The notes: generated from the letters alone by a model not told the origin. Counted from the first letter of the whole stretch, positions 1 through 13,219 are shown. The stretch is 62,590 nt of DNA, filler included, from Diploschistes diacapsis (GCA_023645945.1; 8 parts of 8 records of this genome joined end to end with filler, not necessarily neighbours in it); one strand, 5' to 3'. Made by a program: numbers and translations.

Positions 1-1381
1 CACCCACCCCTCCTCCATCCACTCCAGAATCAAGCCCTTCGCCTTCTCCCCAAGCCGATAGTATCCCGGATTCTCTCTCGGCTTGAACATAATCATATGC
101 GCCTTCACCTCGTCCGGTGCTTTTTTGTTCACCGCCGGCTCGAAGAACCCTTTCCAGTCCCTCCTCGTCGGCAGGTTGCAGAACGTCCTGTCCTTGCCAT
201 CCGCGCCTCCAATCTCCACGAACCCGCCCGCCACGCTGACCCCCGTCTCGCTCGCCCCCTTGCCGAGCACGGTGTACAGGTCCGCGAAGCCGACGCCGCG
301 GTCGCTCTTCGCTGCCGCCAGCGCCGTCATGCGCGTCTTCAGCTCCTCGCCGCGCATCAGGCAGCCGACGAACTCGAGGTGCGAAGTCGCCCAGCTCCAT
401 CCAACGCTCAGGTTGGCGCGGTTCATGTACGCGGCGGCTCCACCCGCCGCGACGGCGCCCGCGGCGCCCGCGAACATGGCGAGCTTGCCCCAGCGCTGCC
501 AGGCAGGGACGGCGGCTGCGTCGGCGGAGGCGGCGAGGGCGTCCTTTGCCGCGGCCGGGCCGGCGGGGATGGCGCCGGCTGGGGTGGGGCGCGAAGTGGT
601 CGTGGGCGTGGACGTGCCGGAAGACGAGGAACCCCAGCCGAAGGCGGACGCAGCGGAGTTGAGGGCCGAGTAGGCGGATGAGGCGGCTTGGTATTGGTTT
701 TCGGCGCCGTGCGCGAGGACTCCCGGGGAAATGCCAAGGTAGGGGGTGTCGAAGGCGAGGAGGCCTTGGATGTAGGGGAACATGAAGACGTGCGGTGGGG
801 ACGGGTCGCGGGCTTTGCGGTTTGCGGGGACGGAGGTGGAGGTTGTGGATGCGGTAGTGGTGCCGGTGGAGGAAGGGTGGGGTGTGGATGTCGCGGAGTA
901 AGGGATGGGGGTTTCGGAGGCGATGGAGAGGAAGGTGTCGGCTGCGACGATGCCTCCCATCGAATGGCCGATCAGGATGACCCGCACAGAAGGATCAACG
1001 GTCGGCGAGGGTGTGCCTTCTTTAACTTCTATGTCTATCACGTAGTTCTGTAACCTAGGAGCCGGTCAGCGACTGGATGCGCTGGCATGCTGCTGCGGGT
1101 GATCTGGCCTAGATCGTACAGCTGGCGTACATGGCGTACCAGTCACGGAATTTTTGAACGCATGGCTTCAGATCGCCCCAAGTCTCGAACTTGGGGTAGA
1201 CGACTGCCTTCACTGTAAGGTTCGGAAGTGCATGGCTGACCAGGGCTCGAAGGTGGGCTGGGAAGCCTGCGAAGGTATTATCATCACCCTAGTAGGACTG
1301 TGAGCAGTGAGATAAAGATGACTAGTTTCAACAACATGCCTTGAAGCCATGAATGAAACATAGCAGCAGAGTCCTGTGCAT
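1..1381 (-). CDS. DUF676-like alpha/beta-hydrolase (putative serine lipase/esterase); 3 exons, 3' end runs off the contig
   Basis: Spliced translation MHRTLLLCFIHGFK|GDDNTFAGFPAHLRAL...KFRDW|LQNY...RVILIGHSMGGIVAADT... with HG oxyanion motif and GxSxG nucleophile elbow; later WSWATSHLEFVGCL and DEVKAHMIMF. Introns 1339-1289 (GC-AG) and 1139-1055 (GT-AG). Missed by the ORF track. Confidence 0.85.
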
Positions 1382-1740
1382 CCTGTTGTGGTTTCCTGCA
1401 TCGTCGATGTAGGTTTAAATTCAGATCAGAGTTGGCGCTGTGGTGCGAATTACAATATGACGTCTGGTCTGGCGGATGGAAGTGCAGAGTACAAGTATAG
1501 TAGGTGCTAGGGTTGTTTATTGCTCCTTCCCCATGCCCGTCGCGTGGGTGGTTTCCACCCTCGATGTGCTGGGCAAATCACATTTGAATATCCGGAATGC
1601 GAGTTCTTAAATCAAGATTGAATTCTTTATTGAATAAACAATCCAGCGTATGAGACCAATACAATGTTTCCCTTTTCCACAGCTTCTTCCCATGTTAGAC
1701 TCGCGTGGAACAACCGAGGTCTCCTCAAAGATCCAATACC

Positions 1741-2595
1741 TCAGATTATAGTCCTAGGTTCACGGATCATGCAATAGAGCTTACTCCTACTCAGACGCTG
1801 TGCGCCACGGCGTGGTGGTCGGACTCACCTTGCAGACATCGCCTCGATCATCGCATAACATCTCCTTTGCCATTGCAAAGCCCATCCTTACGTATATTTC
1901 CGTATTTGGCTTATCTCGGCTAGACTCCAAATAGCACCTCTTGCCCTCCGCGTCTGCTCTGTCCGTAACGTGCTTGAAGAGAAGCTTGCCGATGCCTTTG
2001 CCTTGGTGGTGGGGCAGCACTGTGACGATGTTGCAGAAATAGTAACCCTTTGGGTCTGTCCACAGCTCAGATTGGGCTGCCCGTTGCGCTTCTTTCCAGA
2101 TGTAGTATCTCTGCTTTCCCCCTTTTTAGTCGCTGTAGAGACGCACTTGCCCACTGGAACTGACTTTGACGTTGAGTCCGCCTCTCCCATACTGCAGATT
2201 GACCATGATCTGGCGCCCCCAAAGAACCCATCCCTGCCACCATTCGTACCAACCTTGTCTCGTACTTGAAGGCTGAGGAGGCATCCACATGGCTACACCG
2301 AGTACTTCACCTCCTTCTGTATCCGACTCTGCCTCTGCATCTTTAGCAACCACGAAAATAGCGTTGTTGATTCCCCACACGCAGCGCGTACGCAGCGACT
2401 GGCGGTTTCGTGCAAGCGAGAACTGTGCATCAATCACTGTGTGTTGCTTCGATGAGTTTGCGCAGCTTGTTGGCCTACTGTTGCACGGTCGAATACCCAA
2501 TTATTGTACGGGTCGTCGGAAAAGGCCAGTTGTATGCACTCGATGGCACCGGGGATATCCGCTTCCGTCAGTGAAGCGATGCTTATTGAGGGCAT
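1741..2595 (-). CDS. GNAT family N-acetyltransferase (4 exons)
   Basis: Spliced MPSISIASLTEADIPGAIECIQLAFSDDPYNNWVF...GVAMW...YYFCNIVTVLPHHQGKGIGKLL...CYLESS...IYVRMGF...LYCMIREPRTII*; acetyl-CoA motif QGKGIG; canonical GT-AG introns. Confidence 0.9.
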
Positions 2596-2972
2596 CGTGT
2601 TGGAGGTAGTCACTGTGTCAGAGCATCGACGGACCAGCAGGAGACCGAGCTTATTACCAAGCCATAGTTAAGTCTAGATTACTAGGTAAATGAATTTGCA
2701 AGCAACCATCACCGTCAGCGAAATCGCTTACCCAATTCAGAGCGCCGTTGATTACAAATTCAACGACATCTTGCGACCCCCAAAAGCTCTTCCCCACATT
2801 GCTGCATCATTTGATAAGACGTGATCAGAGAGCTGCAGCTGGCATATATATTACTCGGAGCCGTCTGGTCCAAGAGACTTTATGAACATAGCCGCACGAA
2901 GAGCTACACGCATAGCTTCGCATTTCCGTAGTCCTGGCCTCTACAAAACCATTTTCGGCAGCCACCACCAAG

Positions 2973-4147
2973 ATGGCGCACAACTTGTATACTGACGAGA
3001 CACCCGACTCGGTCAAGAATTCAAAAGGTGCACAGATGATGCCGTCTCATCTTTTCTGCGAACCCGGCCCACGCTAACGGCACCAGGTCTGCACTTGATC
3101 ACGCAGTCAACCCCGAATGGGCAAAAGGTTCGGCTTCCATTACGATCAGAAATTTGCCCATCTTAACGGCCAGCAGGTGCAAATTATGCTCGAAGAGCTT
3201 GCCGACTTGTACGGAACCACGTGGGACACCACCAAAATGTGCGATAGCTCTTCTACTTTCCTGCACGGTCGCACATGAAGAAGCACTGACCATACTAATG
3301 CAGTAACATCACGACGAATGAGCAAAAGAAGGATTGGTTCTTGCGGCTGGATCCGAACGGACGTATCCCCATCTTGGTGGACAACACCAAGAACCCTCCT
3401 TTCCCATGCATGGAGACCAGTGCGGAGCTACTTTACCTCGAGAAGCAGTTCGACAAAGACAATGCTCTTGGATTCAAGGACGATCTCGAACGTTCGGAGG
3501 CACTCCAGTGGCTATTTTTCTGGTAATGTATTCCTGGGTTTTTTAAGCTTATATTTAACATCTTCGTAGGCACGGATCGGGAGCGCCATATCAGGGTACT
3601 GTGCCTGAATCATGTTTTGATCCTCGGCCACGCGTGCTGACCAACAACCAGGGCAAGTGAACCATTTCATGCGGGCTGCACCGGAGAAATTACCATGTGA
3701 GTTTCATTCTCTGATACACCGAGATGTAGCTTCGGTTGCGGTGGAAGATCTGGGTTTCCTAGAAGCGACGAAGCACATCTACCCTCAAGACAACGCAAGG
3801 ACTGACGGTCTTCAGACGCGATTGAACGTTTCAAGAAGGAAACTCTTCGGGTGTACGGTGTGCTGGAGATTCGGCTGTCGGGTAAGTATACTGGAGAAGC
3901 TAGGGAATACCTTGCTGGAAAAGGTAAAGGGAAGTACAGCGTTGCCGACATTGGTGAGTAGCCGTTGACTTTTTGCCTGTGCACATTTTGCTAATGTGAA
4001 CCAGGTACTTGGCCATGGGTCAAAGGCTGGGAACGAACCGGGTTCACTCAGGAGGAGATGAAGCCATTCCCACATGTGCTGAAGTGGATTGATCGCATTG
4101 CGGAGCGGCCCGCGGTCCAACGCGGCATAGGCGACAAGTATGCTTAG
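2973..4147 (+). CDS. Glutathione S-transferase, Ure2p/GST-II-like (8 exons)
   Basis: Spliced ...QSTPNGQKVQIMLEEL...WFLRLDPNGRIPILVD...ETSAELLYL...QWLFFWHGSGAPYQGQ...KYSVADIGTWPWV...KWIDRIAERPAVQRG; TPNG and PNGRIP motifs, N-capping S-x-A-D. Confidence 0.92.
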
Positions 4148-5829
4148 TAGATGCGGAGTAGGCCATCGGGAGTGTTACTGTACAAGCAGAATGAGACAAT
4201 TTGACTTGCCCTACTCACGGCTGCAAAGGCCATATCACGCGGTAACACATCGGGGGCGTTGAGAGCTCACGTGAAGGCCAGCATTGGTCATACTCACTCT
4301 CCGAGCCACATCAGCCTGTACGTATTGTGTTAGTGGAGCTCGTATGATCCTCGAAACCATAGTATATCCACGACTTTTTGGCAGAGAGACCAGGTGTATG
4401 CTAGATGCGAAGATGCCCCAACCAGGGCTTCCGCAGAGCAGACTGAATCGAGAGTTTATCTAGTTTGGTATGGCACCGTGCAGGATAGCAAGATATTTCC
4501 ATTTCATTTTGCGTGCCGTTTGAATAGCTTCGAACTTCAACCGCTGGGTCTGCCACTATTCGAGAGGCCGCCCATCGTGACACAGGCTTCGGAGTGGACG
4601 GCCGCTTGCGGTTTTGAGGGTTAGGAAACCCTAGATAGTCTTGAGCTTAAGATCCACACACTTTGTCAACAGCTGGCGAGGAGAGCGGGAAGTTGTAACG
4701 ATTCGCCACAGGGTTTGTCTTAATGGTTGCTGGTGCCCTGGGAAAAGTGGGTTCGATAGTAGAGCGTTGGAGTAACTTACCGGGTTCAATAAGTAGATGA
4801 TGATGACGGGTTATTTGATCCCGGTCTGGCTGCTTCATGTTAGGGCTTGGAAAGTCGGTTGCGATAGAAATTGATTGGCTCGCTTACTCACTTTTCCTGT
4901 CCAATGCAGGACGTGGCTTGGACCTTCGACAACCTTTGGTTTTGAAGCATTTTGAAGCACAACCACCGTTCCTGATGCCAAATATTTTGGGAAGTCCCCG
5001 TCCTAAATCTAGTCCACACGGATACGCAAACATTCATATAATTTCTTTTGCCCAGACTCAGTAGATTCCTAGGCAATGTTACAGGAATGTCAATACGTCA
5101 ATACGTGGTGAGAAATAGGTTGAACAATTGTATTGCACCTAAGTGTTCAGAGAATGACGTATCGTGACCAAATGTTTCTGAAGTTTTATATGTTTTAACA
5201 TGGAGCAGTTAAGCCGCAGACAAACACAATCGCCTCTGTAAGCTTGCCGCGTTGCGTCAAGCATACTGTTTCTACTGCAAAAGGTTGGCTTTGGACTAAT
5301 ATCTGTGGATAGTACTTCTGCCCTTGTCGAACATGGACAGGCCCGGCCCTCGAATCGTAAGAGCATCTTCCAAGCGAAGGCTGAAGAATGTGTGCATATG
5401 AAATCTCGGCCTTAAAGGAAGGCAAGTGACGTCAAGTGGGTTCGACAATCCTGTGAAGTCAAGTAGGATCGAGAAGCTTCAGAGATCACGGTGGCGGCCT
5501 CCAGCCTCACAGTCGTTGCTGTATGGCGCGGAATCCATGGCTGCGGAAAGTAAAGGCTGGAAAAGTGCCCCTATAAAGTCCCAAGACCTAAGAGCACTGG
5601 ATGCACTTTCCGGGGACAACAATATATGACTCATGCGGTGCTGCGCTGCATTGATTGGGCGTTCTGGTTCCTTCAACGGCTGTCCGGTGATAATGTAACG
5701 CTTGCTGGGTGCAATTCTCGTAGACATAATAAAGGCGACGATGCTGGCACATGCTTGCAAGCATCAGGTACGTTCAACCGGGGACAGAGGACGATCCCGA
5801 GATCTATGCTATCAACTCAAGTTATATGA

Positions 5830-7270
5830 TTATTCATGGGTTCGATTTGAATAGTGACTTTAACATACCAGGTCAAAGAACCAGCGTTAATCCACAATGA
5901 AAAACAGTTGGAGAAGACACCAAACCGTCTCTTGTCACTGCAAAAAGTTTCGAGCGATCTCCTGAAGCTGATATCGCTATCAAGTTTATGGAAAGTAGAC
6001 CGCTTTGAAAAGCTTGACCGAGTCACACAACGCGCGATGGTATTGAGCTGAAAGAACTTGTATATCTGTACAGAAGAGCAACAACTCAGGATGAGACAAG
6101 TACCGAGATAAGGACAAGACTGTTCTGGCATCTTAAAGATACAACGCAGCACTCCATTCCCCACTAGGTGGAGAATAACCATGCAGTTGTTCTGGACCAG
6201 CCGGCTGTCGCCATGGATGTTCCCCGATAGCGAAGAATTGGAAAAAGGAGGCAAAACGTTGCAAGACAACCCACGCTCGAGCGCTTGATAAAAGTGGGGG
6301 AAAGCGCAACATCGCCTGCGATCGTGGAAAATATCTGTACCCTAGCTCTGGAAACTTGTGGAGTATTATATATGCCAAGGTGCCATCCCACAACCACGTG
6401 GGATGTAGGATGTTGGAAAATGGATATTGGTTTCCTCCTGTACGCTTTTTCGCAACAAGTACTCAAGGAATTCGGCGAAGTTGAAGGGAAATATGGGTGG
6501 GCTTTGCCCCGATGAGAAACAGAACTCGCGGAGCCTGTTAAACAGTAAGCAGTTGTCTCAATAGCCATAGGAACATGCAGGGGAAGTACTAGAACGCAAG
6601 CCAAATACGGTGAGCCTACGCCGGTGCTGGGAGCAGGGTTTTGAAACAACACTTCGTTCCACATGGTCTCCAGAATCTCTACTTTGAGTAGGAGAAGAGT
6701 CATTGTCGTGAAGCAATGGTTCTTAGCGCAGTGGTAGCCACGTCGGCACCGCTGATCCTGAATAGCATCATAGGACTTGTTATCATGAGCTTGATGAAAT
6801 TTCGAACCTCGCTTCGCGAAGAGCAGAGAACCAACAGTTGCCGCAAGCTACGGGTGATGCCTCATCTGTGATGAAAGCGTCACCGTCCATGACTCGTAGA
6901 ACTCTCAGATCATGACCGTAACCGTCGTGCTTTGGAAGTTCAGGAAAGAAGTTGAAAAGCAAGGGTGGCCTAAGGACGTCGGCCAGGAATGCCACGGGGG
7001 CAATTGTCCGACACTGAATGGCAGAGCTTGGCATGGTCTTCATGAAAGAGTTGGATGTGGCTTACTGTGACCGCAACTTCAACAACACACTTCATCCAGA
7101 TGTCGAACAGCAAAAGACGAAGAAGCTATGGGAAGAGCTCGACCCACTTGGTCGGCGGAATGCTCCAGATACTAGTTGGCTCAAACTCTATTTAATTATT
7201 AGAGCAAAATCTTCATGGATGACAGTTTTGAGAATATTGCTTCATCCCGCGCGGAGCAGGATCAGATAGT
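5830..7270 (+). pseudogene. Possible decayed gene of unknown family
   Basis: One + frame reads protein-like through isolated stops (RDGIELKELVYLYRR...SIPH*VENNHAVV...DVPR*RRIGK...KYGWALPR*ETELAE), plus ORF 7018-7269; no recognised domain. Confidence 0.25.
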
Positions 7271-7271
7271 A

Positions 7272-7362
7272 CTCGATCCTGAAGACCTCATTCCTCAATC
7301 CTCATTCCTCGATCCTGATTCCTTCGATCCTCATTCCTCGATCCTCATTCCACGATCTCGAT
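7272..7362. repeat. Degenerate ~14-bp tandem repeat (CCTCGATCCTCATT), about 5-6 units
   Basis: cctcattcctcaatcctcattcctcgatcctgattccttcgatcctcattcctcgatcctcattccacgatc. Confidence 0.75.
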
Positions 7363-7632
7363 TCGATTGCATGCCGATTTGCTAGATGTAACTCTGACAT
7401 TCGTTGGCTTGCAGAGCGCAGACCAAGCAATAACCCTGTCACAGCACGGGCCTTCACGCACGTTACCAACGGGAATCTTGTGTTTTTAGTTTAGGTTAAG
7501 TTACCTCACTGTCCGATCTGCTGTTAGCTTTACCGTGAGCACAAAGTTGCTGTCTTGAGAGACATGAAAGCATGCCTAACCTATGGCATAGCGTCTTCCT
7601 ACTTGACCACCCATCAGATAAGCCCGGTTAAT

Positions 7633-7774
7633 CCAGAGCAGTTATTGTGACCGAAATAAATATATATTTTACCATTAGCCTTTACGCCCTTTTTGCGGGT
7701 CTTTCAAGTGATGTTTATTATAAGTTTTTTTACACCCACGCTCCTTTAAAACAAATATGACCATTCGAATCAGA
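7633..7774 (+). mobile_element. Left end of MITE-like repeat (same family as 12192-12515), cut by contig end
   Basis: ccagagcagttattgtgaccgaaataaat... aligns by eye with 12192 onward over ~140 bp. Confidence 0.75.
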
Positions 7775-7874
7775 NNNNNNNNNNNNNNNNNNNNNNNNNN
7801 NNNNNNNNNNNNNNNNNNTTAATTAATTAANNNNNNNNNNNNNNNNNNNNNNNNNNNNNNNNNNNNNNNNNNNN
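7775..7874. other. Artificial contig linker
   Basis: N44-TTAATTAATTAA-N44; stop codons in all six frames. Confidence 0.98.
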
Positions 7875-8876
7875 GATGTTGGGAGGTTCGTTGTTGATGT
7901 TCACAGTGGGAAAAGGAGAGAGGGGAAAGGGAAAGGGAAAAGATAGATAGAGGGGGGGAAAGTTAATCGAAGGAGCAGGCGATATGAAGGAGAATTGTTG
8001 CACACCAAACAATCATTCCCGCCGTCTCAAAAAAGGGAGCTCGCGGGATGACTTCTGAAAAAAGTATAAAAAACAAATACAAAATCTTCGAAAAGACCTG
8101 AGGGGAGAGGGCTTCGGAGTGGATCGGGCTTTGTTTTCTACTTGATCTGAAAACATCCCCTATACATAGCTCTTGTATACCCGGGGGCATAAAGTGGGGA
8201 TAGGAGAGGTGTCTGATAACTACCGCCTGTGGAAGTATGTCAGGGGAGAGCGCTGGCTTCGGGAGATGTAGGAGGGGTAGAAGGTGTGGGTTTGGTGGGA
8301 ACCCGTGTACAGGACCTACGGTTGATCAGCAACGCGGAGATATAAACCCAGAGGAGAGGACCTCCCCATGGCGCTAGGAAAGGAGAGTCGGTTTTCGAGT
8401 GCATGTGTGTTCGTTGTGGGGACTCCTGTGGTAGGGTAGACAATGCCATCGACACAAGGCAGAATCGGGCACTGCCTGTTGTAGAGTCTGTTGTCTGTCT
8501 ATAGCCTGTCCGGCCCTCATTCCTGACTGCGCATGATAAGTTATATGTAACCAGAGTCGACGACGACGATCGAATTTCTTGCTTTGGGCTTGGGGCAGAG
8601 ACACTGTATAGCAAAAGCGTGCGTGGGGTGAATGTAGAAAAGACAGCTGCGCTATTTTTTCAGCGCTGATGGAAATCGAAACTTATTGTTGTGCTTAACC
8701 ATCTCACGATTACTAGGAGCTGCTTACGAGTACACGCAAGGGGAGAACCAGTCGTGGATATATGGTAGGACATAGGTATACTAAACGAAGCTGCCGCTTC
8801 CAAGCATCTGCCGCTGTAAATACACGAGGCATAAGCTTTTCCTTTGGCTGGATTTTTTATGCAAGTAAAAGCGTGT

Positions 8877-10574
8877 TCATTCATCGATTGTACCTTGTAC
8901 CGTTGAACGAAACAAAGCATACTCATGAGCAGCAGGCGCCTGGTTGTTCCCCAATCCAAGAGACCAGGTTGGTGCGAGTGAAAAGGTCTTTGGAAAACCT
9001 CGATGTTGTAGCTCATGGACAAAGTAAACGATTGCCTTGAAACCCGAAAAAAAACCACTCGAAATTTTCATTATCAGCCTCCAATTAAACCCCATGCAAC
9101 CGAGCTGATCGTACATCGCCAGCCATCGAGAGGGCTCTTTTGAAACAAGTAGCAGCGCCGGGAATTGCCAAGAGTAAGTGTCAAAGATAGGGCAGGTGGA
9201 TAAACCCAGAGGGTGACGACTGTCTGTGCAGCCGCCTGTTATGCAGGAGCGCCGCGATTGGCCCAGAATGCAGGGCTGAGAGACCGGAGAACGAGAGCCA
9301 ACATCCGAAGCAGGCATTGATAAGCTTGCGCTTGTGCTGCACCAGAAGAATAAGAGATCCCCCCTGAAGAAGCCTTCCACACAAGGCTTTGACATCTATG
9401 TGGAAAGCTTCGCACATCCAGATTTCCTTCGGGATGATCGCACGCCACGCTGTTCAGCTTGCTCGGTTGTTGAGTCTTTGTTGTCGGCCTCCCGAACGAA
9501 AGCCTCTTTCTCAAATTCCAGTTCTGCCTTGTTGTAATCTCGCCTCTCCTGCTCTCCAAGCAGACTGATGACTTCGGAAGCTATTTTCCGGTCCACCGGA
9601 ATCATAGAACCAAGGATCAAGAACCTTTCAACGAGGAGACACAAGCACAGACAGATGATAGCAAACATAAGCGTGTTCTTCGCGGTCTTCTTCTCGTTGT
9701 TCTGTGATCGACATAGAGGCAGGTCACAATTCTTGATCTGGTGCAGGAAGTCCTGCCCAACGAGATCCTCCCCAAGCTTGATCAGCCAATTCGTCTGCTT
9801 ACGGCGCAAGGACTCCTTCCTGCGGTGGATCTCTTTCAGCTCTTCCTTAGATAGCCCATCCGTAGATTTACTGCGTAGGCCAAGTTCGCCGTATCCTTCC
9901 GGGCCTTTGAAAAGTGGTTCTCGTAAAGGGCTCGTGTTCCCGCTATTCGAAGAAGAATGGGAACGGAGAGATAAAGGCACAAAATCTGGGCAAGAACTGG
10001 GGTCCGGTTTTGACTCTGCCAGTGGTGCAGGGGACGAACAGTCTTCATGATTGAGAAGTCTCGCTACGATATGGTCGAGCTTTTCTGCCGACACCTCATA
10101 ATGTAATCTGTCTCCTGGAGTGCAATTAGCGCCGCAGTATGTGTGACCACGTGTCGAGCCGCAGGCGGCGGGCGTTGAGTTCGTGCTCGATCGTGACATG
10201 GCTGAGGCACTTTGCGAGTCGGAACGAATGTGCAAGGTGGAAACCTTGCTCGAGAGCCCAAATGGGCCGTCGCAGCCTTGGGCAAGGCAATGGTGGTTCG
10301 CTTCCACCTTGCAAGAAGGTCTTGAAGGGCTTGGAGCCTCAGAAGAACCCATATCGTTACGTTCACCTCGAGGTCGACTCAAGACCGTGGAGATAGCTGG
10401 CAAGGACCCTTGCTGAACGTAATCATCCTCGACCTCAAACCCAACGTCACGCTCCAGGTCTTTGCAAGATTTGAACGGAGCCGGCCGACGTTTCTGCTGT
10501 GAACATCGCCTACCGTCGTTTTGCGAGTCTGCAGTTGGTTCTAGCTCCTGACATGAACGTTTGTACAGTACCAT
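8877..10574 (-). pseudogene. Long unknown ORF broken by an in-frame TAG (or a ~390-aa hypothetical protein ending at 9396)
   Basis: ORF 10808-9396 (likely start MVLYKRSC ~10574) is followed immediately in the same frame by ORF 9395-8877 (ACA TAG ATG); no recognised domain. Confidence 0.4.
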
Positions 10575-12191
10575 CGTTAAAAAGGATCCTCCAACAGAGA
10601 ATTCTCGGCCTCTGGGGGCTAGTACTGTGGGGAGTGATTTGAGAAGAAGGGAAGGACTAGTACGCCGGATACATGACAGGCTTTGGCAGTGACAAAGCGA
10701 AACTTCGTATTTGCTCGGATCGAGAGCGAGAGAAACGAACCGTAATGTAGGAATGGTATACATATCTAGTATTTGTCGAACGGTGAAAACCTCTATAACA
10801 TGCTTCAAGGGTTTTCAGGTGACACGAGACAAGAGAGCTCTATGACTTTGCAGAAACACTACGGACGTCCTAACACGTACCTAACATTAACGGAAGGGCA
10901 GCAGATGGTGTCGGAGACGCCGCAACCCGTGCTATGACCCGGATGTGAAAGAGACGGTGGAGCCCAGGCTTGAAAGTCGGTGCGGATGAATGAAGCCAAG
11001 ATCCTGCCACCCAAGCTCATTGGATAGGACCGGTAGCCGAGTGTATCTGGCTATAAAAAGCTATTGCACTCCTTGCTGCAAGAAGGATGTTCTGTGGTTT
11101 AGCCACGGGGACCTTCGGGAAACCCCCTCCCTGGCTAGCGAATTTGTCGCTCTGATACATCGTGCACGCCTACCGTAGAAGGAAACAAACACCATTCGAC
11201 CGAGGTAAGGTAAAGGGTAGGTAATCAGGAAGTAGGCGCTCACAACGGCTCCGAAACAGGAATGTTCTCCTCGTGCCCACTTCATCCAGACACCGTGCTT
11301 GGTCGCGTGTTGGGTTGGATGGCGGTACCAGACAACACACTTCAGCCTCGACATGCGTGGAGGGGACGCTCACCAAGGGCTAGGGCAAGAGGCGCTGTAG
11401 CTGGTACCAAGAAAGGCCGACCGGTAAAACGGTCCTGCAGATGAATATGACAAACGATATAGAGAGAAGTAAGGGAGAGGTCGTACTTTTTACCCCAGCA
11501 AACATTCCTGAATAGAGGAAGGTAAGATACAGGGTCTGCCCCATTGTGAATTAGAACTTTAAAAACCACCTGCACAACATGAGCGAGGAGGCTGGATTCA
11601 TCGGTTGAGGACATGCCTCTTCACGATCGACCACCTGCACCTCAGAGCGGAGCCGAGTAGTGTAACCAGATCCGCCATTGCCTGGCGGAGCTCTTTGGGG
11701 TTCGTGTAATAAAGGCGTTCCCAACGTTGTAGCGGCTTTGAATGGCGACCAAGTGGCTGACGCTTGCTGACACCCAATGATGGACAGTTTTCCCTGCATG
11801 TGCCTTCCATATCTCGTTGACGAGTTTTGTTTGCTCATACCAAGCGCTTGATGCGCGCAGCATCATGGCGAGGCCTGGACTCGATTCCATGCACAGCAAA
11901 CCACATTTATGCTGAGATGTGCTAAAGTTTTTTTTTTCTTTCGGCTGCAGCGGCATCAGCGTTAGAGAAATTAAAGAATCTATAGGGAGCAGAGACGCAT
12001 GCGTAATAGGCCCAAGCCCTTTTAAGTTGTTTGTACGAGGCGTAGGAAAGCTTTGAGGATTTCGAGTTTTCGAACCTCGAGTTTGTGAACGACCTTGATG
12101 CGGATATAACTATCGAGGTTGGTTGGTGCTGGTTGTGAAGACTTCCGAAGGCTCGTTGTGAAAAGAGCATTAACAGGTTTTGTCTAAAATA

Positions 12192-12515
12192 CCAGAGCAG
12201 TTCTTGTGACCGAAATAAATATTTATTTTACTATTAGCCTCCGGGCCCCTTTTTGCGGATCCTTTTAGTGATATCTGTAATAATATTTTCACATCTATAT
12301 TTCTTTAAAACAAATCTTATTATCCGGATTAAAGTTATTAGTTTGATTTAAAAAAATAATTATTTTCCATATTCTTTGCTTCAGATGAACGGTGCGCACG
12401 TATCTTAAGATATAATTGAAAGACATAGATATTTCAGATATATCGAAGGGGTCGTACTTCGGGTAATTTACTTACTTACGTAATAAATAGCCTTTATTTC
12501 GATCATAATAACGGC
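12192..12515. mobile_element. AT-rich MITE-like element with ~23-bp imperfect TIRs
   Basis: Left gcagttcttgtgaccgaaataaa vs right tttatttcgatcataataacggc (inverted, few mismatches); second copy at 7633; no clear TSD. Confidence 0.7.
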
Positions 12516-13219
12516 AGCTTAATATACGGCACCTGCCGTACTTAGTCCCCCCTCTGGCACAGGAATACAACAACGCTAAAGTAGTACTTATTGCATAGCA
12601 GCAAGCCATAGTCAAGGTACGCAGCTGTCCCCCTGTAAAGCATACTGTTCAGAATTAGAGAAAAAGACTCTTTTGCCTTGTAGGGATTACGAACTCTCAC
12701 GATTCCTAGTGTGCTAGATGGGTGTCAAGCGCATCTATCTATCTATCTACTGTACTTGTTCCTTCGCATGGTCTCCTTGGCGCGTAACCTGTGCTTTTGC
12801 TTTGGGTGAAGCATGTAGAATGATAGATACGTCAGATGTAAGACTTTAGTTATGGGTGAAATAACGAATCACGGGCTACCTAAGGTCGGACACGCGACTT
12901 CGACTTCGTCGACTTGTAGGGCCGAGAGCCACTGAAGCAGTCATGATACAGGTCATTTCCCTCTCATAACCGAAGCGTGGAATTCGTAGTCTTGGAGTAC
13001 GGACACAATAATTTGCATTCATGAATTAAGTATGATGAGTTCGTGGAGCAATCTATCCGGCAGATCCTTCAGCAGCCCGCAGTAATCACATTTCCGTGCC
13101 GATGCCGCGTGCCACTGCTGTCAAAATGAGTGAACGCTTGATTTTAAAAAGGTACTATGCATTTCCACACAACACAGCATATTATCATCCTGTGACCCCT
13201 TCATGTTCCACCATCGAAC

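Noticed and set aside
83..1053. Plus-strand ORFs of 196, 194 and 121 aa
   Set aside because: Antisense shadows of the GC-rich minus-strand hydrolase exon.
7819..7830. Recurrent TTAATTAATTAA palindrome as a biological site
   Set aside because: Always centred in exactly 44+44 Ns; assembly spacer.
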